A model generated the notes under the pieces. That model made no database searches. It was not told the origin of the DNA and worked only from the letters and a program-made list of their open reading frames with translations. Made by a program: the position numbers and the translations under genes. Of a stretch of DNA of 64,000 nucleotides, positions 52,365-63,426 are shown one piece after another (the stretch's first letter is position 1; every line of letters begins with the position of its first letter). This DNA is from Bifidobacterium breve. Its GTDB lineage: Bacteria; Actinomycetota; Actinomycetes; Nanopelagicales; Nanopelagicaceae. Location: contig CAMCPZ010000002.1 of assembly GCA_945876865.1 (NCBI GenBank), positions 16,548 through 80,547 on the forward strand, written 5' to 3'.

Positions 52365-53548
52365 TAGGCAATTCCTAAATTCGAAACGAAATTTTTATAG
52401 TTACGGGAAACTTCTCCAACACTATCTCCACCAAACTTCTCTAGAACTGCATCAGCCAGGACCAGCGCAACCATAGCTTCGGCAACAATTCCTGCGGCCG
52501 GGACGGCGCAAACATCGGAACGTTGATTAATCGCTTTGGCAGCCTCACCTGTTGAGGTATCAATAGTGTCGAGCGCTTTGGGCACTGTAGATATCGGTTT
52601 CATCGCAGCTCTAACTCTGAGAATCTCACCATTGGTGATGCCGCCTTCGGTTCCACCTGCTCGATCTGTCCTTCTGACTATTTTCCCAGAACTATTCTTT
52701 TCAATTTCATCATGCGCACTAGACCCTCGTCGTCGAGCCGATTCAAATCCATCACCAATTTCAACGCCTTTAATCGCTTGGATTCCCATAAGCGCACCTG
52801 CTAATTTCGAGTCGAGACGTCGATCCCAATGTGTGTGGGAACCAAGTCCAACTGGCACATTAAACGCCAAGACTTCTACTACTCCGCCCAGAGTGTCTCC
52901 ATCTTTGTGAGCACTCTCAATTTCAGCAACCATTGATGCACTCAAAACTTTGTCCGAAGATCTGACTGGATCTTCATCGATTAAATTTTTATCTGAATAG
53001 GAAGGTAATTTGTAGTCGCCCTTGGCTTGCACAGTTCCGATCGACACAACATGGCTCATTATTTGGATACCAACGCTCTGTTCCAAGAAAGCTCTTGCTA
53101 CAGCTCCGAGTGCAACCCGCGCAGCTGTTTCACGCGCGCTTGCTCTCTCTAAAATTGGTCTCGCGTCCTCAAAATCAAATTTCTGCATTCCGGCTAAGTC
53201 GGCATGGCCTGGTCTTGGTCTTGTAAGTGGCGCATTTCGCGCGAGTTCTTTCAATTCATTTTCATCAATTTTTTCTGGAGCCATAACCTTTGACCATTTT
53301 GGCCACTCAGAATTAGCTATTTGTAGCGCAATCGGACCGCCTTGTGATTGTCCATGTCGGATTCCGCCCAGTATCGAAACTACATCAGCTTCAAATGTTT
53401 GTCTGGCACCTCTACCAAAACCTAAACGACGTCGCTTCAAATCTGCGTCAATCATCTCTTTGGTAATTTCGATATGTGCTGGCATTCCCTCGAGAATTGC
53501 ACTTAGAGCTGGACCGTGAGACTCACCTGCCGTCAACCAACGAATCAC
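52364..53548 (-). CDS. aroC: Chorismate synthase
   Basis: [28 protein letters not shown]. Confidence 0.98.
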   Translation of the reverse strand: MIRWLTAGESHGPALSAILEGMPAHIEITKEMIDADLKRRRLGFGRGARQTFEADVVSILGGIRHGQSQGGPIALQIANSEWPKWSKVMAPEKIDENELKELARNAPLTRPRPGHADLAGMQKFDFEDARPILERASARETAARVALGAVARAFLEQSVGIQIMSHVVSIGTVQAKGDYKLPSYSDKNLIDEDPVRSSDKVLSASMVAEIESAHKDGDTLGGVVEVLAFNVPVGLGSHTHWDRRLDSKLAGALMGIQAIKGVEIGDGFESARRRGSSAHDEIEKNSSGKIVRRTDRAGGTEGGITNGEILRVRAAMKPISTVPKALDTIDTSTGEAAKAINQRSDVCAVPAAGIVAEAMVALVLADAVLEKFGGDSVGEVSRNYKNFVSNLGIA

Positions 53549-53635
53549 GATTCACTCCCTAAATTACTTAGCGCGATAAGCCAATCGCAGGGTTCTATTG
53601 TGGCAGAAAGTAGATAGCCGCCGCTCAAAATAACG

Positions 53636-54058
53636 CTAAATGGTGGGTAGAAATCCGAGGAAGATAAATGGCGCGAATGGAATGCTCATATTTCTCTGCC
53701 TACTGCGGTCTTTAAATGCCAAATACAAGATTGCAAAGAGTCCGCCTAAAATCCAAGAGAAGCTCAGGCCCTCTAGCCATTTCGTAAAGCTCGGAACCCA
53801 GAAGGACAACACCCAGAACAACTTGAGATCTCCTGCACCAATCTTCCCTCTAAACAATACGAGCAGCGCCAGAGTGATTAGGGTTACGTAAATCAAATAG
53901 GAGAAATTCAGATGCAGATCTTGCGATAAATTCAAAGCCAGACCAATTAACAGAAGTAGAACTAGGTCTCGGTTTCGAATGATTCGGTAGCGCAGATCAG
54001 AGAGCGAGATAATAATTGCTCCAAGAAGAAATGAGAGCAATTCAACCAAGCGCAACAT
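53636..54058 (-). CDS. A24-family prepilin peptidase (short, TadV/CpaA-like)
   Basis: SDLRYRII.N, GAGDLKL catalytic aspartates, IPFAPF; hydrophobic. Confidence 0.82.
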   Translation of the reverse strand: MLRLVELLSFLLGAIIISLSDLRYRIIRNRDLVLLLLIGLALNLSQDLHLNFSYLIYVTLITLALLVLFRGKIGAGDLKLFWVLSFWVPSFTKWLEGLSFSWILGGLFAILYLAFKDRSRQRNMSIPFAPFIFLGFLPTI

Positions 54059-54110
54059 TCTGCAAACCTAGTCGGATAAGGGATAACGTATCCCTCCCCT
54101 GTGGATAGAA

Positions 54111-54911
54111 CTAGTCTGAAGCTATGAGCGAGAGCAGCGCAGAGCGCATTTCTGTAACATCAAATTTAACTCCAGAGAAAATCTCGATTTGAAAGAGCGC
54201 CTGTTCAACAAGCAACTCTTTGCCAGAAATTACTCGACCGCCTAGCTCTTCGAAGTGTTTCACGAGTTGGGTAGGCCAAGGTTTATAGATCGCCTCTAGC
54301 AAAACCCCACTCGTTCTCTTGGTATTTACTACATAATCGTCAAAACTGCCCGCCGGTGTTGTCTGGATTATCAGATCGTAATCATCTAGTGGATGCGCTA
54401 AATCTCGATTATGAATTAGCAATTTTGGCGCCGCCTTTGCTAGCGCGGACATTCTGGAATCTGAGCGTAGAAATACATCTACCTCTCTAACCTTAGAATT
54501 TAGAGCGCCTATTGCGGCGCGAGCCGTGCCGCCGCCGCCAATAATTGCAACTTTAGATTCCTTGGAGACGTCTAGCAGGTTTCTAAATGCCAAATAATCG
54601 GTCGATGTAACTTTCCAAGTCCCATCTGATTTATAAAGAGTATTACCAGAGTGAATAGATTCTGTGACCGAATCGACGTTCTCACAGAATTGTAAAACGA
54701 TCTCCTTCAGGGGCATGGTTAGTGAAAATCCTGCCCACTCTTTATTCGATTCCTTCGATGTGGCATCAAGATAAAAATCGGAAAACGAATTCTCATTGAC
54801 TTCAATTGCACTGTATGAAGATTTCAATCCCAGCAATTGGTAGGCGTGGCTGTGAATCTTTGGTGATAACGAGTGAGAAATTGGTGAACCAAGAACGGCT
54901 GCTTTGATCAT
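54111..54911 (-). CDS. aroE: Shikimate dehydrogenase
   Basis: GSPISHSLSP.IH, SLTMPLKE, NT..TD, GGGGTARA. Confidence 0.94.
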   Translation of the reverse strand: MIKAAVLGSPISHSLSPKIHSHAYQLLGLKSSYSAIEVNENSFSDFYLDATSKESNKEWAGFSLTMPLKEIVLQFCENVDSVTESIHSGNTLYKSDGTWKVTSTDYLAFRNLLDVSKESKVAIIGGGGTARAAIGALNSKVREVDVFLRSDSRMSALAKAAPKLLIHNRDLAHPLDDYDLIIQTTPAGSFDDYVVNTKRTSGVLLEAIYKPWPTQLVKHFEELGGRVISGKELLVEQALFQIEIFSGVKFDVTEMRSALLSLIASD

Positions 54912-55909
54912 TTGAACTTACCTGCTGCCACATTTTTGTTGAACTCGGTATTCCATTCTGAGAACTCCGTGAAATCTTTCGTGAACCTGGTGTCCTTGGG
55001 CGCGACTGTTATGAAATACAGCCAATCGCCGATAGCTGGATTTAAGGTTGCCTCAATCGCATCGTTACTAGGATTAGCAATCGGGGTTGGTGGTAGGCCC
55101 GCGAATCTATAGGTGTTGTATGGCGAATTGATCTTTGTGGCCTTGTTCGAAAGCATGATCTGGCCCTGGGAATTAGTTGCATATTGCACCGTCGCATTTA
55201 ATTGCAAGGCCATTCCTATCTTCAAACGGTTGTAAATAACTCGAGCTACTTTGGAGAAGTTACTTGGGTCTCCCTCAATCTGAACCATCGAGGCAATCGT
55301 CAATACCTCAAAAGGTTTGTATTTATCGAAGCCAGCATCGACGCCTAATCGTGTGTATTCGCTCTTGGCCTTTGCGACCATTGTTTTGAGAGCTTTTTCA
55401 ACGCTGGTATTTGCTTCAAAAGAATAGCGCGCCGGAAAGAGCGAACCTTCCAAGGAGTTACGTGAATTCGCATAAACCGGCTTTACTGATCCGTAGCCAG
55501 TTTTCGTCCGATCGATATTCTCATTTTTCTTTAACAATGAAAGCACGCTCGCAAAAGTCGAGCCCTCTCTAACAACCAGGGCGCTCTTCATGCGCTTTGG
55601 ATCCAATAATTGTTCGATTGCAGTCCTTGCCGGTATTTGAGTTTGAATTGAGTGGGACCCGGGGCTTATTCCTGATGCCTTAGGATCCCTATTAAATTCC
55701 TCAATGAACTTAGTTGCACTCTTTACAACCCCTTGATTCTCAAGATTCTGCGCGATTGAACTTCCTAATTCGCCATCTTGAACTAAAAATACGATCTCGC
55801 TCCCCGGATTGTTTGGTGAGAAGTCATTGTTCGGTTGTAAGCGAAGAAAACCAAAGAGAAGCAGGGCACAAAGACCAGTGATTAAAAATATTCGACGATG
55901 AAGTCTCAT
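54908..55909 (-). CDS. mltG: Endolytic transglycosylase MltG
   Basis: N-terminal TM, LEGSLFPARY, ASMVQIE, VIYNRL, SPYNTY..GLPPTPI.NP, LYF. Confidence 0.93.
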   Translation of the reverse strand: MRLHRRIFLITGLCALLLFGFLRLQPNNDFSPNNPGSEIVFLVQDGELGSSIAQNLENQGVVKSATKFIEEFNRDPKASGISPGSHSIQTQIPARTAIEQLLDPKRMKSALVVREGSTFASVLSLLKKNENIDRTKTGYGSVKPVYANSRNSLEGSLFPARYSFEANTSVEKALKTMVAKAKSEYTRLGVDAGFDKYKPFEVLTIASMVQIEGDPSNFSKVARVIYNRLKIGMALQLNATVQYATNSQGQIMLSNKATKINSPYNTYRFAGLPPTPIANPSNDAIEATLNPAIGDWLYFITVAPKDTRFTKDFTEFSEWNTEFNKNVAAGKFK

Positions 55910-56355
55910 TTCGTATAACGATTCATCGGCTCACCCTGAATACGTTCCTGGTTCAGCGCTGAATCAAGAATTGCAACAGCAGCCATTGAATCAATTTCGC
56001 CCTTAGAACTCTTGGAATTAAGCCCCGCTTCTCGCAAGGTTCGACTTGCCGAAACCGTCGTAAGTCGCTCGTCAATCAAATAAATAGGGTTCTCGTTTAC
56101 TGCACTGATTCTCGCTGCGAACTCGGCAACGCTTTTGCTCTTCTGGCTCTCACTTCCAGATAGATGAGATGGGAAGCCAATTGCTGTGTATATCGGCTTA
56201 TATTCGTCATAGAGCAAAGAGATTTCACTTATCAAACTCTCTTCCGAATTCTGAAGAAATCTTAACGGTGTAGCTAAACTCCCAGAAGCGTCAGTAACCG
56301 CTACGCCGATACGAACATCGCCAAAATCAAAAGCAATTCTCCGACCTGGCTTCAT
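55906..56355 (-). CDS. ruvX: RuvX/YqgF nuclease (pre-16S rRNA processing)
   Basis: DFGDVRIGVA.TD, DERLTT, IDSMAAVAIL. Confidence 0.94.
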   Translation of the reverse strand: MKPGRRIAFDFGDVRIGVAVTDASGSLATPLRFLQNSEESLISEISLLYDEYKPIYTAIGFPSHLSGSESQKSKSVAEFAARISAVNENPIYLIDERLTTVSASRTLREAGLNSKSSKGEIDSMAAVAILDSALNQERIQGEPMNRYTK

Positions 56356-59040
56356 CTATTTACCTACGGTTTGGCCTATTGATTTACTCATTGCGCTAAG
56401 GGCGTTTGAAATTTCAGAATGGTTAGAACCGCCACCTTGGGCGAAGTCGTCTTTTCCACCGCCACCGCCGCCAAGAACTTCAGAACCCAACTTAACGAGA
56501 GCCCCAGCTTTAATACCAACTTTCAACGCATTTGGCGACACCGCAACTACTAGCGTTGATCGCTCGTCGCCTTTAGAAGCAAGGATAACAATTCCATCCG
56601 CGAGACGATTCCGTAAATCCAGTGCAATAGTTCGAAGGTCATCGCCAGAAATATTTGTTTCAAGTTCGGCGCTAAGAACTTCAAACCCACCAATTTTTGA
56701 TGTGCTCTTCAAAAGATTCGTAGCACTGGCCAGAATCTGAGCTGTCTTAAATGATGCCAACTCCTTTTCTACGCCTTTCAACTTTTCAACAAGATCTGAA
56801 ATTCGAGATGGCAACTCTTCTACTCTGGCTCCCTTAATTATCTGAGTCAAGGAATTCAATAAAAGATGCTCTCGTGCAAGAAAGCCATAGGCATCTCGTC
56901 CGACCAGCGCTTCAACACGTCGCACACCAGCGCCAATTGATGCTTCTGAAAGCAATTTAACTACTCCTAATTCACCGGAAGATTTAACGTGAGTGCCTCC
57001 ACAAAGTTCGTGCGCCCATTCACCGACACTCACTACGCGAACTTGATCGCCGTATTTCTCACCGAATAGAGCCATCGCACCCATAGCTTTAGCCTCAGGT
57101 TGTGTCATCACTTTCGCCGTAACACTTAGATTATCTAGTAATAAGTTATTGACGCGACCTTCAACTTCTTCCAGAACGCTTGCTGGAACCGCGCCGGTTG
57201 CCGGGAAATCGAATCTGAAACGCCCAGGTGAATTCTCTGAACCAGCTTGAGTTGCAGTCTCGCCTAATGCTTCGCGGAAAGCTTTGTGCACCATATGTGT
57301 CGCGGTGTGTGCGCGCGAGATGGCTAGGCGACGTTCAACATCAATAGTTGCAAGTGCACCACTTTTGACTTCAACCGATCCTGAAATAACTTGACCGCGG
57401 TGAATATAAAGGCCAGGTACTGGAGTTTGAACATCATCAATCTCAATTACGGCGCCATTGGAGAGTGTGATGAGACCACCATCTGGAAGTTGACCACCAC
57501 CTTCAGCATAGAAAGGGGTTCGATCTAGAATAATTTCAACATCAGTATTTTGCCCAGCTTCGTTCACTGACTTGCCGTCGATCATGATTGCTGCGATTTT
57601 TGCTTCGCTCGACATATCAACATAACCTGTGAAATTTGTTGCTCCTGTGGCATCTAAAATCTTGCGATACTCACTGACATCAGTGTGTCCAGTTTTCTTG
57701 GCGCGGGCATCGGCCTTGGCCCGGTCCTTCTGTTCCTTCATCAATCTTCTGAAGCCTTCACCATCTACAGACAGACCTGCTTCTGCTGCCATCTCCAGCG
57801 TTAAATCAAATGGGAAACCATAAGTGTCATGGAGTTTAAACACGGTTTCGCCATCCAATTTATCTGAATTAATCTGCTTCACTTTGCTTGCAGCAACATC
57901 AAATATCTGCGTTCCGCTCTTCAAAGTTGAAAGGAAAATTTCTTCCTCATTTACGGTTACGGAGGTTATGCGCTCTTGATTCTCAATTAATTCTGGGTAT
58001 TGAGCTCCCATGGCACCGATTGAAGCTGCGACCAATTCACGAGAGGTCGGATCGGAGGCGCCGAGAATTCGCATATTCCTAATTGTTCGGCGCATCATTC
58101 GGCGCAGAACATACCCGCGGCCCTCGTTGCCAGGAAGAACACCATCTCCGATAAGCATCATTGTGGTGCGTGCATGATCTGCAATTACCCGGAGTGCGAC
58201 ATCGCTCTTCTCATTCTTTCCGTACTTCACCCCGGTCAATTCGCTTGCGACGCTGAGAATTTGCATCGTTGTATCAATCTCGTAGATATTTTCTACGCCC
58301 TGCAACAAAGCAGCAGTTCGTTCTAGCCCAAGTCCAGTATCAATGCTCTTTGCAGGAAGTTCTCCTAGGATCGGAAAATCATCTTTTCCACTTCCAGCGC
58401 CACGGCTGTTCTGCATGAAAACTAAATTCCAAACTTCTAGATAGCGATCTTCATCTGCAATCGGTCCGCCATCACGGCCATATTCAGGACCCCGGTCATA
58501 ATAAATTTCGGAACATGGACCGCATGGGCCAGGGACTCCCATTGACCAGAAATTATCTGCCATCCCACGACGCTGGATGCGCTCTTTCGGAACTCCAATT
58601 TTCTTATGCCAGATATCGGCAGCTTCATCATCATTCTGGAAAACAGTCACCCAGAGTTTTTCTTCTGGAAAGCCATATCCGCCATCTGAAATTGGTTTCG
58701 TTAGAAGCTCCCAGGCTAGTGCGATTGCACCTTCCTTGAAATAATCTCCAAAGGAGAAGTTTCCACACATTTGAAAGAATGACGCATGACGTGTCGTCTT
58801 CCCAACTTCATCGATATCTAGAGTTCGGACGCATTTTTGAACCGAGGTCGCTCTTGAATATGGTGGAGTTATCTCACCAAGAAAGTAAGGTTTGAACGGG
58901 ACCATACCTGCATTTACAAGGAGAAGGTTTGGGTCATCTGCAATAAGAGATGCCGAAGGCACAACTGTGTGTTTTAAACCCTGGCTATTTCCAGATTCAA
59001 AGAAATTGAGCCAGCGTGTTCTAATCTCGGCAGAGTTCAC
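56356..59040 (-). CDS. alaS: Alanine-tRNA ligase
   Basis: NAGMVPFK, FQMCGNFSFGDYFK, HTATH, ELCGGTH, GGGGG; GTG59040 preferred. Confidence 0.98.
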   Translation of the reverse strand: MNSAEIRTRWLNFFESGNSQGLKHTVVPSASLIADDPNLLLVNAGMVPFKPYFLGEITPPYSRATSVQKCVRTLDIDEVGKTTRHASFFQMCGNFSFGDYFKEGAIALAWELLTKPISDGGYGFPEEKLWVTVFQNDDEAADIWHKKIGVPKERIQRRGMADNFWSMGVPGPCGPCSEIYYDRGPEYGRDGGPIADEDRYLEVWNLVFMQNSRGAGSGKDDFPILGELPAKSIDTGLGLERTAALLQGVENIYEIDTTMQILSVASELTGVKYGKNEKSDVALRVIADHARTTMMLIGDGVLPGNEGRGYVLRRMMRRTIRNMRILGASDPTSRELVAASIGAMGAQYPELIENQERITSVTVNEEEIFLSTLKSGTQIFDVAASKVKQINSDKLDGETVFKLHDTYGFPFDLTLEMAAEAGLSVDGEGFRRLMKEQKDRAKADARAKKTGHTDVSEYRKILDATGATNFTGYVDMSSEAKIAAIMIDGKSVNEAGQNTDVEIILDRTPFYAEGGGQLPDGGLITLSNGAVIEIDDVQTPVPGLYIHRGQVISGSVEVKSGALATIDVERRLAISRAHTATHMVHKAFREALGETATQAGSENSPGRFRFDFPATGAVPASVLEEVEGRVNNLLLDNLSVTAKVMTQPEAKAMGAMALFGEKYGDQVRVVSVGEWAHELCGGTHVKSSGELGVVKLLSEASIGAGVRRVEALVGRDAYGFLAREHLLLNSLTQIIKGARVEELPSRISDLVEKLKGVEKELASFKTAQILASATNLLKSTSKIGGFEVLSAELETNISGDDLRTIALDLRNRLADGIVILASKGDERSTLVVAVSPNALKVGIKAGALVKLGSEVLGGGGGGKDDFAQGGGSNHSEISNALSAMSKSIGQTVGK

Positions 59041-59044
59041 GCTC

Positions 59045-59443
59045 TTACTCGGACCCCTCATCGGACTTCGAACGCTTCTTCTTCGGCTTCTGCTCTTTCG
59101 CTTCCGAATTCTTCTTTGCTTTAGTAACTGCAAGCAAGGCGCTCGCCGCGCCCATTGCCAACTTATTCTTATCTAGAAAATTCTCAGTTGAATCTGAAAT
59201 CTTTGAGCTTAGATCCTCAACCTTTTTTGTGACCTTGTTGATGCTATGAAGTGGACCATTAATCAGTTCGACTGTTGTAGTCACTTCATCCAACAGCGGA
59301 GTAACTTCATTCGTAAGTTCTGTTATCGCATTTGCTGCCTGATCAACCAGACGCCCAACTCGAACCACGGCGTAACTAATTGCCAGCGCGATTACAAGCA
59401 GAGAAACCGCTGCGATTATCGTTGCAATTCCACCTGGGCCCAT
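59045..59443 (-). CDS. DUF948 family membrane-anchored coiled-coil protein
   Basis: N-terminal TM (GGIATIIAA), helical repeats; usual position upstream of alaS. Confidence 0.75.
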   Translation of the reverse strand: MGPGGIATIIAAVSLLVIALAISYAVVRVGRLVDQAANAITELTNEVTPLLDEVTTTVELINGPLHSINKVTKKVEDLSSKISDSTENFLDKNKLAMGAASALLAVTKAKKNSEAKEQKPKKKRSKSDEGSE

Positions 59444-59496
59444 AGTTGAAGCCTACCTGATGGGCGTCTTAGGAGGTGTCTACGAGAGTGGTTCAG

Positions 59497-61257
59497 TTAT
59501 TCCGAAGATTTCTTTTCTGGCACAAAATCAACACCGGCTTCCTTGCGCTGTGGTGCGGTTATTGGCGTAGGTGCACCGGTTAGTGGGTCGCCTCCGCTAG
59601 CGGTTTTCGGAAATGCAATTACTTCGCGAATTGATTCGGCTCCGGCAAGAAGCGCGCAGAGACGATCGAGTCCAAGTGCAATTCCGCCATGTGGAGGTGG
59701 TCCGTAATTAAAGGCTTCTAGCAAAAATCCGAATTTACTTTCAGCTTCTGCCTTTGATAGACCGATGGTTTCAAATACTCGGGCCTGCATTTTGCGATCA
59801 TGGATACGAATCGATCCACCACCAATTTCATTTCCATTAAGAACGATGTCATATGCGTAGGCAAGAGCGCTTGCTGGATCTTTATCAAAGTTCTCCGCAA
59901 ACTCTGGCTTTGGACCAGTAAATGGATGATGAACTGCAGTCCAACCACTATTTTCGATCGTGCTATCGATCTGCTCAAACATTGGTGCATCTACGATCCA
60001 GAGAAAATTCCACGCCTTGTTATCAATCAAATCGCAACGCTTGCCAATTTCGAGGCGAACCGCACCTAATAAGTTAAGTGAGGAAACCCGGTCACCTGCT
60101 GCGAAAAATATTGCATCTCCGGTTTTTGCTCCGACATGAGCCACGATTCCAGCGGCCTCTTTCTCTGAAAGATTTTTAGCAACTGGTCCACCCAAAGTTC
60201 CATCAGCTGCAACCAGAATATATGCAAGACCTTTAGCGCCACGAGCCTTAGCCCAATCCTGCCAAGCATCTAATTCACGACGAGGTGAATCTGCTCCCCC
60301 TGGCATAACCACAGCTCCAACGTATGAGGATTGGAAAACCCTAAATGTGGTGTCAGCGAAAAACTCGGTGCAATCTGTTAATTCATTTGCAAAACGTAAA
60401 TCAGGTTTATCTGATCCGTATCTTCGCATTGCTTCCCAATATGTCATCCGTGGGATTGGAAGCGGAATATCGTAATCAACAACTTTCTTGAAAACGCGAG
60501 AAAGAATTTTCTCTGCAACTTTCAGAACATCCTCTTGATCAACAAAGGACATCTCAATATCAAGCTGCGTGAATTCAGGTTGGCGGTCCGCTCTGAAGTC
60601 TTCATCTCGGAAACAACGCGCAATCTGGTAATAACGCTCCATTCCAGCGACCATCAACAACTGCTTGAATAATTGTGGTGACTGCGGAAGTGCATACCAA
60701 CTTCCAGGTTGCAAACGAACTGGCACTAAGAAATCGCGAGCACCTTCAGGCGTTGACCGGGTTAGGTATGGAGTTTCTATTTCAAGGAAATCTTCATCAT
60801 CCATAACCGTGCGAATAACCGAAGTAACTTTAGAACGCAACCTTAGATTCTTAGCTGGTCCTTCGCGACGTAAATCCAAGTAACGATACTTCAATCTAAC
60901 TTCTTCGCTGATTGTGCTTAGGTCGCCGCTGTCAACGGGAAATGGAAGTGCTGCTGCTTCACTTAAGACCTCAAGTGATTCACATACGACCTCAATCTCA
61001 CCAGTTGCAATATTTGAATTTTCGTTTCCACTTGGACGAAGTCGAACGGTTCCCGTAATTAGGACGCACCACTCGGCACGTAGCGAACCCGCTAAATTTT
61101 CATCATTAATAACAACTTGCGCGCTGCCCGATGAATCTCGTAAATCGATGAAGGCGACACCACCATGGTCGCGACGTCTAGCAACCCAACCAGCAAGGGT
61201 TACCTTTGTGTCAACATCACTCTTGCGCAATGATCCTGCAGTGTGAGTTCTAATCAT
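59497..61257 (-). CDS. aspS: Aspartate-tRNA ligase (likely non-discriminating)
   Basis: [47 protein letters not shown]. Confidence 0.98.
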   Translation of the reverse strand: MIRTHTAGSLRKSDVDTKVTLAGWVARRRDHGGVAFIDLRDSSGSAQVVINDENLAGSLRAEWCVLITGTVRLRPSGNENSNIATGEIEVVCESLEVLSEAAALPFPVDSGDLSTISEEVRLKYRYLDLRREGPAKNLRLRSKVTSVIRTVMDDEDFLEIETPYLTRSTPEGARDFLVPVRLQPGSWYALPQSPQLFKQLLMVAGMERYYQIARCFRDEDFRADRQPEFTQLDIEMSFVDQEDVLKVAEKILSRVFKKVVDYDIPLPIPRMTYWEAMRRYGSDKPDLRFANELTDCTEFFADTTFRVFQSSYVGAVVMPGGADSPRRELDAWQDWAKARGAKGLAYILVAADGTLGGPVAKNLSEKEAAGIVAHVGAKTGDAIFFAAGDRVSSLNLLGAVRLEIGKRCDLIDNKAWNFLWIVDAPMFEQIDSTIENSGWTAVHHPFTGPKPEFAENFDKDPASALAYAYDIVLNGNEIGGGSIRIHDRKMQARVFETIGLSKAEAESKFGFLLEAFNYGPPPHGGIALGLDRLCALLAGAESIREVIAFPKTASGGDPLTGAPTPITAPQRKEAGVDFVPEKKSSE

Positions 61258-61279
61258 CTTGAACAGGCTCCATTAATTT

Positions 61280-62542
61280 TTAGTTGGACTTAAATTCTTC
61301 AGCTAAGGTGGAGATTCTAACTTCTTTTGACTCGCCAGATTTCATATCCTTAAGCGCTACCAAACCAGATTTAATTTCATCAGCACCAATTACTGCGCTA
61401 AATCTCGCTCCACTCTTGTCGGCCGACTTCATTGCCCCCTTTAGAGCGCGATCTCCGTAGGCCATATCGCATGCGATGCCCTGGTTACGAAGTTGATTCA
61501 CAAGATTGGAGACGAAAGGTTTTTCATCTGAACTAAGTGCAATGACAAAGAGGTCTAAATCTGATTTGTTTATTGATGCATCGAAAATACCCTCGGCCTC
61601 GCAGGCAAGTAGAACTCGGTCAACTCCGAGTCCAAATCCGATTCCAGATAAATCATTTCCGCCAAGTTCGGCCATAAGCCCGTCGTAGCGACCACCGCCA
61701 CCAATTCCTGATTGTGCCCCCAATTTGTCGCTGATAAATTCAAAAGTTGTTCCGGTGTAGTAATCGAGACCCCGAACCATTAGCGGATTGATAGTGAATT
61801 TGATTGCTGCTGAATTCAAAAGTTCTTGCACTCGCGCGAAGTTCTCTTTACTCTCAGGTGATAAATAATCAAGTAAAAGTGGCGCACTCGCCATTGCTTC
61901 TCTAATATCTGGACGCTTGTCATCGAATAAACGCAGTGGATTCAAGGCAGCCCGTTCTAACGTCGCATCATCCAACTTCAATTTCGAGATGTAAGAAACT
62001 AAATCTTTGCGATGACTGGCTCGACTCTTCGCATCACCAAGAGAAGTTATTTCAAGTCGATAAGACTTTAATCCCAACTTCTTAAATGCTCGATCCGCGA
62101 CAGCAATAACTTCAAAATCAATCTCTGGATCATTCAAACCAATAGCTTCAATCCCAACTTGATAGAACTGACGATAGCGGCCGGCTTGTGGTCGCTCGGC
62201 ACGGAAAAATGCACCGGAATACCAAACCTTGATTGGAAGCGATAACTTATCTAAATTATTCTCAATAACACTTCGCATTACACCTGCAGTTCCTTCAGGT
62301 CGTAGCGTTAGAGATCTACCACCGCGGTCCTCAAAGGTATACATCTCTTTTGAAACGACATCAGTAGATTCACCTACACCGCGCTTAAAGAGCTCAGTAT
62401 CTTCAAAGACAGGTAGTTCCATTAATGAATAGCCAGCGGTCCGAGCAGAATCGATCAAAGTCTCGCGAACCAATTCAAAATATTGAGACCTAGGTGGAAA
62501 GTATTCGCTCACACCCTTAGGGGCTTGTAGCTCGCGCATCAC
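61280..62542 (-). CDS. hisS: Histidine-tRNA ligase
   Basis: [39 protein letters not shown]. Confidence 0.98.
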   Translation of the reverse strand: MMRELQAPKGVSEYFPPRSQYFELVRETLIDSARTAGYSLMELPVFEDTELFKRGVGESTDVVSKEMYTFEDRGGRSLTLRPEGTAGVMRSVIENNLDKLSLPIKVWYSGAFFRAERPQAGRYRQFYQVGIEAIGLNDPEIDFEVIAVADRAFKKLGLKSYRLEITSLGDAKSRASHRKDLVSYISKLKLDDATLERAALNPLRLFDDKRPDIREAMASAPLLLDYLSPESKENFARVQELLNSAAIKFTINPLMVRGLDYYTGTTFEFISDKLGAQSGIGGGGRYDGLMAELGGNDLSGIGFGLGVDRVLLACEAEGIFDASINKSDLDLFVIALSSDEKPFVSNLVNQLRNQGIACDMAYGDRALKGAMKSADKSGARFSAVIGADEIKSGLVALKDMKSGESKEVRISTLAEEFKSN

Positions 62543-63240
62543 TCCCCCCGTTCTGGTTTCGAATGCAGGAAAGATTCCTGCAAATAAGGATTGTCCGCTC
62601 GTTCACGTCCAATTGTAGTTTGTGGACCGTGTCCAGGAAGGACTATTAATTCATCATTTAGCGGCAATATTTTAGAAATCAAAGAATTGCGCATCGCTGA
62701 TGCGGATCCGGTGGGTAAATCGGTTCGGCCTATGGCGCCAGCAAATAGAACATCGCCAGAAATCAAAAACTCATCATTCACAGTAAAGAGAGTTGAACCC
62801 GCGGTATGGCCAGGTGCATGTTGAACCACAATTTCGAATCCAGCCAAATTAAAACTCTCGCCATCAATCACTTCTCGCACTACATCTGGTTCTTCAAACT
62901 TCGAAACTCCGAGTCCAGCCATAATTTTTCGACTCTCACCATCTGCGGCAAGCGCACGAAATGGATCTGCTAAAAGTTTTCGATCTATTGTGTGAATTAG
63001 AGTTGGAACACCATATTCATTTGCAAATGGTCGAACTGAAAACGTATGGTCAAGGTGTCCATGAGTAACAAGAGTCGCCACCGGCTTGAGATTATGCTTA
63101 TTCAAAACCGACTTAATAGCGGACACTAAATTTGGACTATCAATTCCTGGGTCAACAATGAAACATTCAGAATTCTTAGTCGGGGCAAAAATCCAGCAAT
63201 TTGTCGCAAAATACGGAGCGGCGATAACCTCAAGAATCAA
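62539..63240 (-). CDS. MBL-fold metallo-hydrolase (glyoxalase II-like)
   Basis: THGHLDH, PGHT.GS, SGDVLF..GRTDLP, PGHG. Confidence 0.92.
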   Translation of the reverse strand: MILEVIAAPYFATNCWIFAPTKNSECFIVDPGIDSPNLVSAIKSVLNKHNLKPVATLVTHGHLDHTFSVRPFANEYGVPTLIHTIDRKLLADPFRALAADGESRKIMAGLGVSKFEEPDVVREVIDGESFNLAGFEIVVQHAPGHTAGSTLFTVNDEFLISGDVLFAGAIGRTDLPTGSASAMRNSLISKILPLNDELIVLPGHGPQTTIGRERADNPYLQESFLHSKPERGE

Positions 63241-63426
63241 AGCTCACCCCACTTCTGAGCCCATACAGGCTCGATATTAAGCACAAATACAACTATTACA
63301 ATTGGCCACTTTTGCCATAGCAATAGTTAAGGGTATCTTTAGCCCGCACACAGAACCAATCCAGCAAGTCATAACGAATGGTCTGCAACCCCGCATACCT
63401 AACGCGCAACGAAAGTGAGCATCAAA

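Noticed and set aside
59041-59133. Arg-rich N-terminal extension of AlaS
   Set aside because: It is an alternative frame of the Lys-rich DUF948 tail; homology begins at GTG59040
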